Assembly (NCBI GenBank): GCA_017456605.1
Contig: JAFTJA010000012.1
Coordinates: forward strand, 29,833-93,832
Source: Clostridia bacterium
GTDB lineage: Bacteria > Bacillota > Clostridia > Monoglobales > Monoglobaceae
Length of the DNA stretch: 64,000 nt
Direction of reading: 5' to 3'
A model generated the notes under the pieces. It ran no database searches and was not told where the DNA came from. It worked only from the letters and a program-made list of their open reading frames with translations. Shown piece after piece: positions 30,690 through 38,420 of the stretch (the stretch's first letter is position 1; every line of letters starts with the position of its first letter). Made by a program: the position numbers and the translations under genes.

Positions 30690-32030
30690 ATGCAGTTTGC
30701 AGAGCTTAATGGACTTATGAAAGAATGCGGAATAGTGGGTGCCGGTGGCGCAGGATTCCCCTCTTATGCAAAGCTTTCGGAAAAAGCTGAAACGATTATT
30801 CTGAATTGTGCCGAATGTGAGCCGCTTTTCAGGCTTCACAGACAGCTTCTTTCGGCTTATGCAAAAGAAATTTTGACCGCTCTTGATGCAGTGAGAGAGT
30901 CGGTCGGTGCAAAAAATGCCATTGTTGGCATAAAGGCAGCGTACAGTGAAACAGTTGAAGAACTAAACGAACACATAGGCGCTTTCAAAAACATTGAAAT
31001 TTCACTTTTACCTGAGGTTTATCCGGCAGGTGATGAAATTGTTCTTATTTATGAAACAACCGGCAAGGTGGTAAAACCCGGACAGCTTCCCATTTCGGAG
31101 GGGGTTATTGTGTATAATGTAGAAACTATGCTCAATATTCACTTTGCTATTACAGAAAAAAAACCGGTTTGCTACAAGTACGTTACTGTGGCGGGCGAGG
31201 TAAAAACCCCTATGACTTACAAGGTTCCACTTGGTGTGCCGCTTAAAAAAGTGGTGGAACTTTCCGGCGGGGAAACAGTCAAAGACTGTGTTTATTTGAG
31301 CGGCGGAGCAATGACAGGAAAAGTGGCAAGCAAGAATGATGTTGTCACAAAGACCACAAATGCAGTTTTGGTACTGCCGAAAAACCATCCTGTCATTATG
31401 AAAAAGAAAACAAATTCAAAAGTTAATATATACAGGGCTATGAGTGCGTGTTGTCAGTGCAGAATGTGTACCGATATGTGCTCAAGAAATCTTTTGGGAC
31501 ATCCCATTGAGCCGCATTTATTTATGAGAGCGGCGGCAAAGGGTATGACAAAAGATATAACAGCAATGATGAACTCAATGTATTGTTCACAGTGCGGAAT
31601 ATGCAGTATGTATGCCTGCCATCAGGGACTTTCACCGTCGATGCTTATTGGTGAATTCCGTGACGAAATAAGAAAACGAGGTATAAAGCCTTTGGAGGAG
31701 CCTAAGTTTTCGGGAGTGAATGAACACAGAAAGTATAGAACACTTCCTATGGAAAGACTGGTTTCAAGACTGGGCATTTCAAAATATGATGTAGAGGCCC
31801 CACTTGATGACAGCCCTCAGGATTTTTCAAAAAGTCTCAAATCCCTCAAGATAATGCTCAGACAGCACATTGGTCAGCCGGCAAAACCCGTGGTTAGCGT
31901 GGGGACATCGGTCAAGGCATTTGAGAAGTTGGCGAGCTGTGAGGGGTTGGGTGCTGAAATTCACAGCCCGGTTGATGGCGTTATAAAGGAAATAACAGAA
32001 AATTATATTTTGCTTGATATAAAGCGGTAG
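30690..32030 (+). CDS. pduS: PduS-like flavo/iron-sulfur oxidoreductase (RnfC/Nqo1-like)
   Basis: GIVGAGGAGFPSYAKL, SLBB region, two 4Fe-4S motifs (CCQCRMCTDMC and CSQCGICSMYAC), and a C-terminal RnfC-N-like barrel (HIGQPAKPVVSVGTSV). Confidence 0.85.
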   Translation: MQFAELNGLMKECGIVGAGGAGFPSYAKLSEKAETIILNCAECEPLFRLHRQLLSAYAKEILTALDAVRESVGAKNAIVGIKAAYSETVEELNEHIGAFKNIEISLLPEVYPAGDEIVLIYETTGKVVKPGQLPISEGVIVYNVETMLNIHFAITEKKPVCYKYVTVAGEVKTPMTYKVPLGVPLKKVVELSGGETVKDCVYLSGGAMTGKVASKNDVVTKTTNAVLVLPKNHPVIMKKKTNSKVNIYRAMSACCQCRMCTDMCSRNLLGHPIEPHLFMRAAAKGMTKDITAMMNSMYCSQCGICSMYACHQGLSPSMLIGEFRDEIRKRGIKPLEEPKFSGVNEHRKYRTLPMERLVSRLGISKYDVEAPLDDSPQDFSKSLKSLKIMLRQHIGQPAKPVVSVGTSVKAFEKLASCEGLGAEIHSPVDGVIKEITENYILLDIKR

Positions 32031-32049
32031 AAAGGGAGGAAACAGACAA

Positions 32050-32598
32050 ATGGGAAAAGCATTGGCGATGGCTGAATTTACGACGGTTTCCACCGGTATG
32101 AAGGCCGCTGATATGATGGTTAAGACAGCCGAAGTAAACGTTATTGAGGCTGAGGTTGTCTGCCCGGGGAAATATATAATCCTGATTGAGGGTGATTTGA
32201 GTGCGGTGAGGGCTTCGGTTGATACCGTCAAAAATATGTTCCCCGAAAAGCTAATTGACAGCTTTGTATTGGGAAATCCTCATGAAACAATTTTCCCTGC
32301 AATTTATGGTACTACTGAGGTGAAAGATAAACGTGCTCTCGGAATTTTGGAAACTTATTCTGCAGCGTCGATTATCCTGGCCGCAGATATCGCAGCAAAA
32401 ACTGCGATTGTTGATTTGATTGAGCTTCGTATTGCGAGGGGTATGTGCGGAAAATCGTATATGCTGCTTACCGGTGAGGTTGCTGCGGTTGAATCGGCAA
32501 TAGAAAAGGCAAAACGTGAAGTAAGTGACGGAACGATGTTTCTTGACAGTTCGGTTATTGCAAGTCCTGATGATAAGATGTGGAATACAATTATATAA
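32050..32598 (+). CDS. pduT: BMC-T tandem-domain shell protein, PduT type (pore 4Fe-4S cysteine)
   Basis: 182 aa, two BMC domains. The VVCPGKY motif aligns with the Cys38 ICPGK of Salmonella PduT as recalled. Confidence 0.88.
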   Translation: MGKALAMAEFTTVSTGMKAADMMVKTAEVNVIEAEVVCPGKYIILIEGDLSAVRASVDTVKNMFPEKLIDSFVLGNPHETIFPAIYGTTEVKDKRALGILETYSAASIILAADIAAKTAIVDLIELRIARGMCGKSYMLLTGEVAAVESAIEKAKREVSDGTMFLDSSVIASPDDKMWNTII

Positions 32599-32617
32599 AA
32601 GTTTGAGGTGAATAGAT

Positions 32618-34009
32618 ATGTTTGATGAAAAGGATATAAGTCGTATAGTTGAAAGTGTTATCCAGAATATGGACGGAAAGGTAGTGCCCAAGAAAAATCT
32701 CAAGGGCGTTTTCCCCACAATGACAGAGGCACTGGAGGCGGTTTCAAAAGCTTACATTCAGTATAAGAGCTATACTGTTGAGCAGAGAGAAAAGATGATT
32801 GCAGCAATCCGTCGTCTTACCTTGGAAGAAGCTGAAGAAATGGCAAAGCTTGGCGTTGAAGAAACCGGTATGGGAAGAGTTTCTGACAAAATTATCAAAC
32901 ACCAGTTGGTTGCAAACAAGACTCCGGGAACTGAGGATCTTTGTCCTACTGTCAAAACAGGTGACTGCGGTCTTACTTTGATTGAAATGGCACCTTATGG
33001 TGTTATTGGAAGCATCACTCCTTCAACAAACCCAAGTGAAACTGTTATTTGCAATTCAATCGGTATGATTGCCGGTGGAAATGCAGTTGTATTCAATCCT
33101 CATCCAAATGCAAAGAGGATTGCAAACTATGCAGTTGACCTTGTTAACCGTGGAATTCTGGAAGCAGGCGGTCCTGAAAATCTGGTTGTTTCTGTCGAAA
33201 ATCCAACTATGGATTCATCAAACGAAATGGTTGGTTCGCCACTTGTTAAAATGCTTGTTGCAACAGGCGGCCCCGGTGTTGTAAAGATGCTCCTTTCTTC
33301 AGGAAAGAAGGCGATCGGTGCTGGCGCGGGAAATCCTCCTGTTATCGTTGATGACACAGCAGATGTTGAAAAAGCAGCATCGGATATTATAAAAGGCGCA
33401 AGCTTTGACAACAATCTTCCCTGTATTGCAGAAAAGGAATGTTTCGTTTTTGATTCGGTTGCTGACCAACTGGTCCTTCATATGCAGAGAAACGGTGCAT
33501 ATCTCTTAAAAGGCGCACAGATTGACAAGCTTGTGAAAGTTGCTTTGGTTGAAAAAGACGGCAAGTTTGGCATAAACAAAAAGTGGGTAGGAAAGGATGC
33601 TAAGCTGTTCCTTAAAGAACTTGGAATAGATGCAGACCCAAGACTTATCATCTGTGAAACAGATGCAAAGCATCCCTTTGTTCAGGTTGAAATGATGATG
33701 CCAATTCTTCCCATCGTAAGAGTGAAGAATATCGAAGAGGCTATTACAGAAGCTTGCAAAGCTGAACACGGAAACAGACACTCCGCTCACATTCATTCAA
33801 AAAATGTTGACAGACTTACAGCATTTGCAAGAGCGGTTGAAACAACAATTTTTGTAAAGAATGCTCCTTCTTATGCAGGCATTGGTGCCGGTGGAGAAGG
33901 CCACACTACATTTACTATTGCGGGCCCCACAGGTGAAGGTATTACATCAGCAAGGTCGTTTACACGCCAGAGAAGATGTGTTATGGCGGATGGTCTCCAC
34001 ATAGTTTAA
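32618..34009 (+). CDS. pduP: CoA-acylating aldehyde dehydrogenase (PduP/EutE family) with an N-terminal encapsulation peptide
   Basis: DISRIVESVIQNM helix, then the ALDH fold with the catalytic PCIAEKE motif. Confidence 0.9.
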   Translation: MFDEKDISRIVESVIQNMDGKVVPKKNLKGVFPTMTEALEAVSKAYIQYKSYTVEQREKMIAAIRRLTLEEAEEMAKLGVEETGMGRVSDKIIKHQLVANKTPGTEDLCPTVKTGDCGLTLIEMAPYGVIGSITPSTNPSETVICNSIGMIAGGNAVVFNPHPNAKRIANYAVDLVNRGILEAGGPENLVVSVENPTMDSSNEMVGSPLVKMLVATGGPGVVKMLLSSGKKAIGAGAGNPPVIVDDTADVEKAASDIIKGASFDNNLPCIAEKECFVFDSVADQLVLHMQRNGAYLLKGAQIDKLVKVALVEKDGKFGINKKWVGKDAKLFLKELGIDADPRLIICETDAKHPFVQVEMMMPILPIVRVKNIEEAITEACKAEHGNRHSAHIHSKNVDRLTAFARAVETTIFVKNAPSYAGIGAGGEGHTTFTIAGPTGEGITSARSFTRQRRCVMADGLHIV

Positions 34010-34034
34010 TTTTAACGAAAAGGATTGTTCATAA

Positions 34035-34679
34035 ATGAAAGCATTAGGAATGATAGAAGTTTATAGTTTTACGACTGCGGTGGTTGCTGCTGACCTTTGC
34101 GCAAAAGCCGCAGACGTAAAAGTTATTGCCTTTGACAGAAACCGTCCCAAGAGCGCAGATGCTCCTGCACCGCTGGTTATGCAGATAAAAATTGCGGGAA
34201 ATGTTGCGGCGGTTAAGGCTGCTGTGGAAGCAGGAACTGAATATGCAAAGGCAGAGGGCAAGCATATTGTTTCACACGTTATACCAAATCCTGGTGACGG
34301 CGTTGAAAAAATGGCTTATCGCCTTGATATAAACAAGGATAAATACAACAAAAAGCTTCCAAAGGACTTTATGAATGAGGAAGAAATAAACGGCGACTCT
34401 GTTGGCGCAGAAACCATAGGTCTTCTTGAAATAGACGGCTTGGTTGCAGCTATTGAGGGTCTTGATTCTATGACAAAAGCTGCGAATGTAAGGGTTATTC
34501 ACTCTGAAAAGCGTCTTGGAGGAAGACTTGTTACGTTTATTGTTGCCGGTGAAGTTTCAGCGGTTAAGGCTGCGGTGGAAGCAGGCTATCAGAATGCACA
34601 GCCCCTTGGCAAGGTTTATGGCAAGGCTGTTGTTGCAAGACCTCACAGAGAGGTTACCAAGTTCTTTGATATGGACTGA
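34035..34679 (+). CDS. Non-permuted tandem BMC-domain shell protein (BMC-T-like, 214 aa) with an expanded pore loop in domain 1
   Basis: Domain 1 is MKALGMIEVYSFTTAVVAADLCAKAA... with RNRPKSADAPAPL replacing the usual KIGSG loop. A 30-aa linker follows, then domain 2 (ETIGLLEIDGLVAAIEGLDSMTKAA...KRLGGRL). Confidence 0.8.
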   Translation: MKALGMIEVYSFTTAVVAADLCAKAADVKVIAFDRNRPKSADAPAPLVMQIKIAGNVAAVKAAVEAGTEYAKAEGKHIVSHVIPNPGDGVEKMAYRLDINKDKYNKKLPKDFMNEEEINGDSVGAETIGLLEIDGLVAAIEGLDSMTKAANVRVIHSEKRLGGRLVTFIVAGEVSAVKAAVEAGYQNAQPLGKVYGKAVVARPHREVTKFFDMD

Positions 34680-34754
34680 TTTTTAAAAGGGACAATCCGG
34701 AAAGACGGAAATATAAATCAGGGGCAAAATGCTGCTGCCTGAGAGGTGAAACTT

Positions 34755-35393
34755 ATGTATTATGATGCAGATACAATCGCAAAGGCTGTTCAAAATGTTA
34801 TTAAAGATATAAACAACGACGGCGAAATCAAGGTAGGTGTTTCTCAGCGACATATTCATTTGTCTCAAGAAGACCTTGAAATCCTGTTTGGTAAAGGTTA
34901 TCAGCTGACCATTAAAAAATATCTTATGGGGCGCGAATATGCGTCGAATGAGGTTGTAACATTGGTTGGACCGTCACTTAAGGCTATTGAAAATGTTCGT
35001 GTTCTTGGCCCGGTGAGAAACAAAACACAGGTTGAGATTTCGAGAACAGATACATTTATCCTGAAAGTGAGTCCTCCGGTGAGGCCGTCAGGTCAGGTCG
35101 AGGGTTCTGAAAAATTGGTGGTTGTTGGGCCAAAAGGCAGTGTATATCTCAAAGAAGGCGTAATAATTGCCAATCGGCACATCCATCTTACACCTGAATA
35201 TGCCATGGCAAATGGTATAAAAGACAACGATTATGTCGATGTTGAGGTAGAGGGAGTAAAGCCTACCCGATTTTATGACGTTCAGGTCAGGGTGAGAGAT
35301 GATTTCAATGTTGAAATGCATATTGATACTGACGATGCAAACTCTGCAGGACTTAAAAATGGTGCCAAGGTGAAAATCTTGAAGAAAAAATAA
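34755..35393 (+). CDS. pduL: Phosphate propanoyl/acyl-transferase PduL with an N-terminal encapsulation peptide
   Basis: ATG 34755 after GAGAGG. ADTIAKAVQNVIKDI helix, then duplicated PduL motifs (GVSQRHIHLS, IANRHIHLTP). Confidence 0.88.
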   Translation: MYYDADTIAKAVQNVIKDINNDGEIKVGVSQRHIHLSQEDLEILFGKGYQLTIKKYLMGREYASNEVVTLVGPSLKAIENVRVLGPVRNKTQVEISRTDTFILKVSPPVRPSGQVEGSEKLVVVGPKGSVYLKEGVIIANRHIHLTPEYAMANGIKDNDYVDVEVEGVKPTRFYDVQVRVRDDFNVEMHIDTDDANSAGLKNGAKVKILKKK

Positions 35394-35416
35394 GAATCGC
35401 GAAAGTGGGGAATAAT

Positions 35417-36184
35417 ATGCTTGCACTTGAACGACAAAAGAAGATACTGGAATTTTTAAATACTGACGGGGTTGTTTCGGTAAACCGTCTGAGTAGTACT
35501 TTGGGAGTTACCGAAGAAACGGTGAGACGTGACCTTGAAAAGCTTGAAAAACAAGAGTCTCTGCGCAGGACACACGGCGGTGCGGTTCCTGTCGAAGGAA
35601 GCACCCATGAGTTTTCTTTGGAAAAGAGAAAAAATCTCAATGTTGAAGCAAAGCAGAAGATTGCAAGGGAAGCTGCGAAGATGGTTGTTGACGGTGATAC
35701 GATTTTTCTGGATGCATCGACAACCACGTTCTTTATGGCAAAAGAGCTTAAAACACGCAAAAATCTCACCGTTATTACCAATTCACTCAGGGTTGTGACA
35801 GAGCTTTCGGGCTGTGAATATATAAAGGTGATACTGGTGGGGGGCGTACTTAGCCGCAACCAGTCGTTTGTGGGAAGACTTGCAGAAAAAAGCATTGAAG
35901 AAGATTATTTTGCAAACAAGATGTTCTTTTCGAGCAAGGGCATAACAGCGGATGTCGGAATCCTTGAAAGCAACGAATCCGAAAGCGGCATCAAGCAGAG
36001 AATGTTTGAAAATTCCAATGAGAAATATTATCTTTGCGACAATGGCAAAATCGGCGGTGTTGGCTTTGTGAAGCTAGCGTCTATTGGTGAAATTGATTTC
36101 CTGATTACAAACGCGACACTTGATGACCGGCTCAAAGAAAAGCTTGCTGAAAGCGAAGTTGAAATCGTACAGATTTCTGAATAA
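35417..36184 (+). CDS. DeoR-family transcriptional regulator
   Basis: N-terminal HTH (RQKKILEFLNTDGVVSVNRLSSTLGVTEETVRRDLEKLE) and a C-terminal sugar-phosphate-sensor domain. Confidence 0.88.
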   Translation: MLALERQKKILEFLNTDGVVSVNRLSSTLGVTEETVRRDLEKLEKQESLRRTHGGAVPVEGSTHEFSLEKRKNLNVEAKQKIAREAAKMVVDGDTIFLDASTTTFFMAKELKTRKNLTVITNSLRVVTELSGCEYIKVILVGGVLSRNQSFVGRLAEKSIEEDYFANKMFFSSKGITADVGILESNESESGIKQRMFENSNEKYYLCDNGKIGGVGFVKLASIGEIDFLITNATLDDRLKEKLAESEVEIVQISE

Positions 36185-36196
36185 ATCGAAGATTGT

Positions 36197-36231
36197 GGGT
36201 CTGAAACCAAAAGGTTTCAGGCTCTTTTTTT
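36197..36231 (+). terminator. Intrinsic terminator closing the BMC locus
   Basis: 12-bp stem (two G-U pairs), aaaa loop, then T7. Confidence 0.8.
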
Positions 36232-36245
36232 GTGTAAAAAATTTG

Positions 36246-36280
36246 ATATTGTGTTTTGAATATCGGCAAAAACACAATAT
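36246..36280. repeat. Perfect 12-bp inverted repeat ATATTGTGTTTT-N11-AAAACACAATAT
   Basis: Read directly. Followed by a tandem TTACAATT-aaa-TTACAATT and long A/T tracts. Confidence 0.8.
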
Positions 36281-36333
36281 GGCGAAATGTTACAATTAAA
36301 TTACAATTTTTTTAAAAAAATTTAAAAAAACTA

Positions 36334-36362
36334 TTGCAAAAGTCCCAAAAGTGTAGTATTAT
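36334..36362 (+). promoter_or_regulatory. Sigma-A-type promoter of the dcw operon (PmraZ)
   Basis: TTGCAA - 17 nt - TATTAT. Confidence 0.55.
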
Positions 36363-36404
36363 ATAGGAAAGTGGCATGAAGTGGAGCAAAATTCCATAAA
36401 GTGG
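36348..36404 (+). promoter_or_regulatory. Phased direct repeats AAAGTG(T/G)/GAAGTGG, candidate MraZ operator
   Basis: Boxes start at 36348 (AAAGTGT), 36368 (AAAGTGG), 36378 (GAAGTGG) and 36398 (AAAGTGG), with spacings of 20/10/20 nt. They overlap and follow the -10 element. Confidence 0.6.
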
Positions 36405-36438
36405 AACAAAAACAGAAATTTATGAGGAGAGCAAGGCT

Positions 36439-36864
36439 ATGCTTATCGGTGAATATTTTCATAACCTTGATACCAAGGGCAGAGTAAGCATTCCATCTAA
36501 GTTCAGAGATGATCTGGGTGGAACTTTTGTGTTGTCCAAAGGCGTAAATGACTGTTTGTGTGCATATTCCAAGGAAGAATGGGAAGGCTTCAAGGAAGAA
36601 CTTCTTGGGCTCCGCGGTGCGGATGCGCGTATGCTTCGCAGATTTTTCTTTTCAGGTGCCACTGAATGCGAGATTGACACACAGGGCAGAGTGGTGATTC
36701 CGCCGCTTTACCGTGAATATGCGGGGCTTGGCCGTGAGGTTGTCATTGTTGGTGTTTCAAATTGTATGGAAATCTGGGACAAGGCTGCCTGGGAGAAATA
36801 TATGCAGAACCCGGCACTTGAGTCTGCAGAGATCGAAAACGCTATGGAGCGTCTTGGACTATGA
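36439..36864 (+). CDS. mraZ: Transcriptional regulator MraZ
   Basis: Two SpoVT/AbrB-like halves with DTKGRVSIPSKFR and DTQGRVVIPPLYR. Confidence 0.93.
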   Translation: MLIGEYFHNLDTKGRVSIPSKFRDDLGGTFVLSKGVNDCLCAYSKEEWEGFKEELLGLRGADARMLRRFFFSGATECEIDTQGRVVIPPLYREYAGLGREVVIVGVSNCMEIWDKAAWEKYMQNPALESAEIENAMERLGL

Positions 36865-37802
36865 TGAACGAGTTTAAACATATTTCGGTTTTGCTCTCGG
36901 AAAGCGTTGACCTCCTTGATGTGAAGCCGGATGGCATTTATGTCGACGGAACTCTTGGCGGTGGCGGACATGCAGAATTGGTTTGCTCAAAGCTTTCAGG
37001 TGATGCGACGTTCATTGGAATAGACCGCGATATGACAGCAATAAATGCGGCAAGCGAAAGGCTTGAAAAATACAAAGATATAACAAAAATAGTTCACAGC
37101 AATTTTTCTGATATAAAAGAGGTGCTCAAAGACCTTGGAATAAGCGGTATTGATGGAGCAATTCTGGACCTTGGCGTTTCGTCTCCTCAGCTTGATACAG
37201 CAGAAAGAGGCTTCAGTTACAATATGGATGCCCGGCTTGATATGCGTATGAACCAAGAAGACCGAATGAGTGCTTATGAGGTGGTTAACGAATACACCGA
37301 GGGCGAGCTTTCAAAAATAATATTTGATTATGGCGAGGAACGTTTTGCAAGGCAGATAGCAAGAGCTATTTGCGAAAAACGTAAGGAAAAAAATATAAAA
37401 ACAACGTTGGAGCTTTGCGAGATAATAAAGGGTGCATATCCTGCAAAAAAGAGGTTTCAGGACAAGCATCCGGCAAAAAGGACCTTTCAGGCAATCAGGA
37501 TTGAGGTAAACAACGAACTTGGCATTTTGAGACAGGCGGTATGTGATTTTGTTGATGCACTGAACCCCGGTGGAGTGTTGTCTGTTATAACCTTTCATTC
37601 TCTGGAAGACCGGATAGTGAAACAGGCATTTTCGGATTTGGCATCAGGGTGTGAGTGCCCAAAGGATTTTCCCATATGCGTTTGCGGGAAAAAACCGAAA
37701 ATAAAATTGATAAACAAAAAGCCCATAGTTTCGGGGGACGAAGAACTTAGGAACAATATGCGAGCACACAGTGCAAAACTTCGGGCTGTTAAAAAAATAT
37801 AA
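36861..37802 (+). CDS. rsmH: 16S rRNA (cytosine1402-N4)-methyltransferase RsmH
   Basis: HISVLLSE...DGTLGGGGH...GVLSVITFHSLEDRIVK. ATGA overlap with mraZ. Confidence 0.93.
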   Translation: MMNEFKHISVLLSESVDLLDVKPDGIYVDGTLGGGGHAELVCSKLSGDATFIGIDRDMTAINAASERLEKYKDITKIVHSNFSDIKEVLKDLGISGIDGAILDLGVSSPQLDTAERGFSYNMDARLDMRMNQEDRMSAYEVVNEYTEGELSKIIFDYGEERFARQIARAICEKRKEKNIKTTLELCEIIKGAYPAKKRFQDKHPAKRTFQAIRIEVNNELGILRQAVCDFVDALNPGGVLSVITFHSLEDRIVKQAFSDLASGCECPKDFPICVCGKKPKIKLINKKPIVSGDEELRNNMRAHSAKLRAVKKI

Positions 37803-37821
37803 ATTTTGAGGTGAAGCAAAA

Positions 37822-38328
37822 ATGTCTAATTTGTACAGCTACAATACAAGCAGTGCGTATAAGCTTGATTATACTTATGGCGCCAAAAGACATAATGAAA
37901 ACAAAAGACCTCACGAAGAAAACAAAAAGACAGAACAAAGAAACAGAAATCACAGCTTTTTGAATATTACAAACTTTATCAGGGTGGCACTTTGTTTTGC
38001 TATAGCGTTTGTTATAGTAAACGGTTATGTAAGAATAAACGAGGCATACAGCTCTGTTGCAAAGCTTGAAAAACAGTATAATGAAATTGTTGCCACAAAT
38101 CAAGATCTTCAGGTAAAAATTGACAAAGCGGTTGACCTTGAACAGCTTTTGACCATTGCTAATGAAAAGTTTGGTATGATAAGTCCTGAACGATACCAGA
38201 TGTTTTATGTAGATTTAAGCCAAAGCGATTTTGCTCAGGTTTGCAACGAGGAGAAAAAGATAGAAAGCGAAGTAGCAATGAGCGGTGTTACAGGAACAAT
38301 AACCGGAGCAATGAACATATTTAAATAA
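37822..38328 (+). CDS. ftsL: FtsL-like cell-division protein (bitopic, coiled coil)
   Basis: Position between rsmH and the PBP gene. Single TM (FIRVALCFAIAFVIVNGYV) followed by a coiled coil. The sequence family itself is weakly recognisable. Confidence 0.6.
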   Translation: MSNLYSYNTSSAYKLDYTYGAKRHNENKRPHEENKKTEQRNRNHSFLNITNFIRVALCFAIAFVIVNGYVRINEAYSSVAKLEKQYNEIVATNQDLQVKIDKAVDLEQLLTIANEKFGMISPERYQMFYVDLSQSDFAQVCNEEKKIESEVAMSGVTGTITGAMNIFK

Positions 38329-38420
38329 AAGATAAGTTCGTTTTGGTATATTTAAATTGCCATATGAAATATAATTTATAGTGGCATATTCTAAACCGAT
38401 TTATTCGTTTGGAGGTAACT

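Noticed and set aside
34680-34754. Possible structured element between the tandem-BMC gene and pduL
   Set aside because: Only an imperfect, bulged 5-7 bp pairing could be drawn by eye, which is not convincing.
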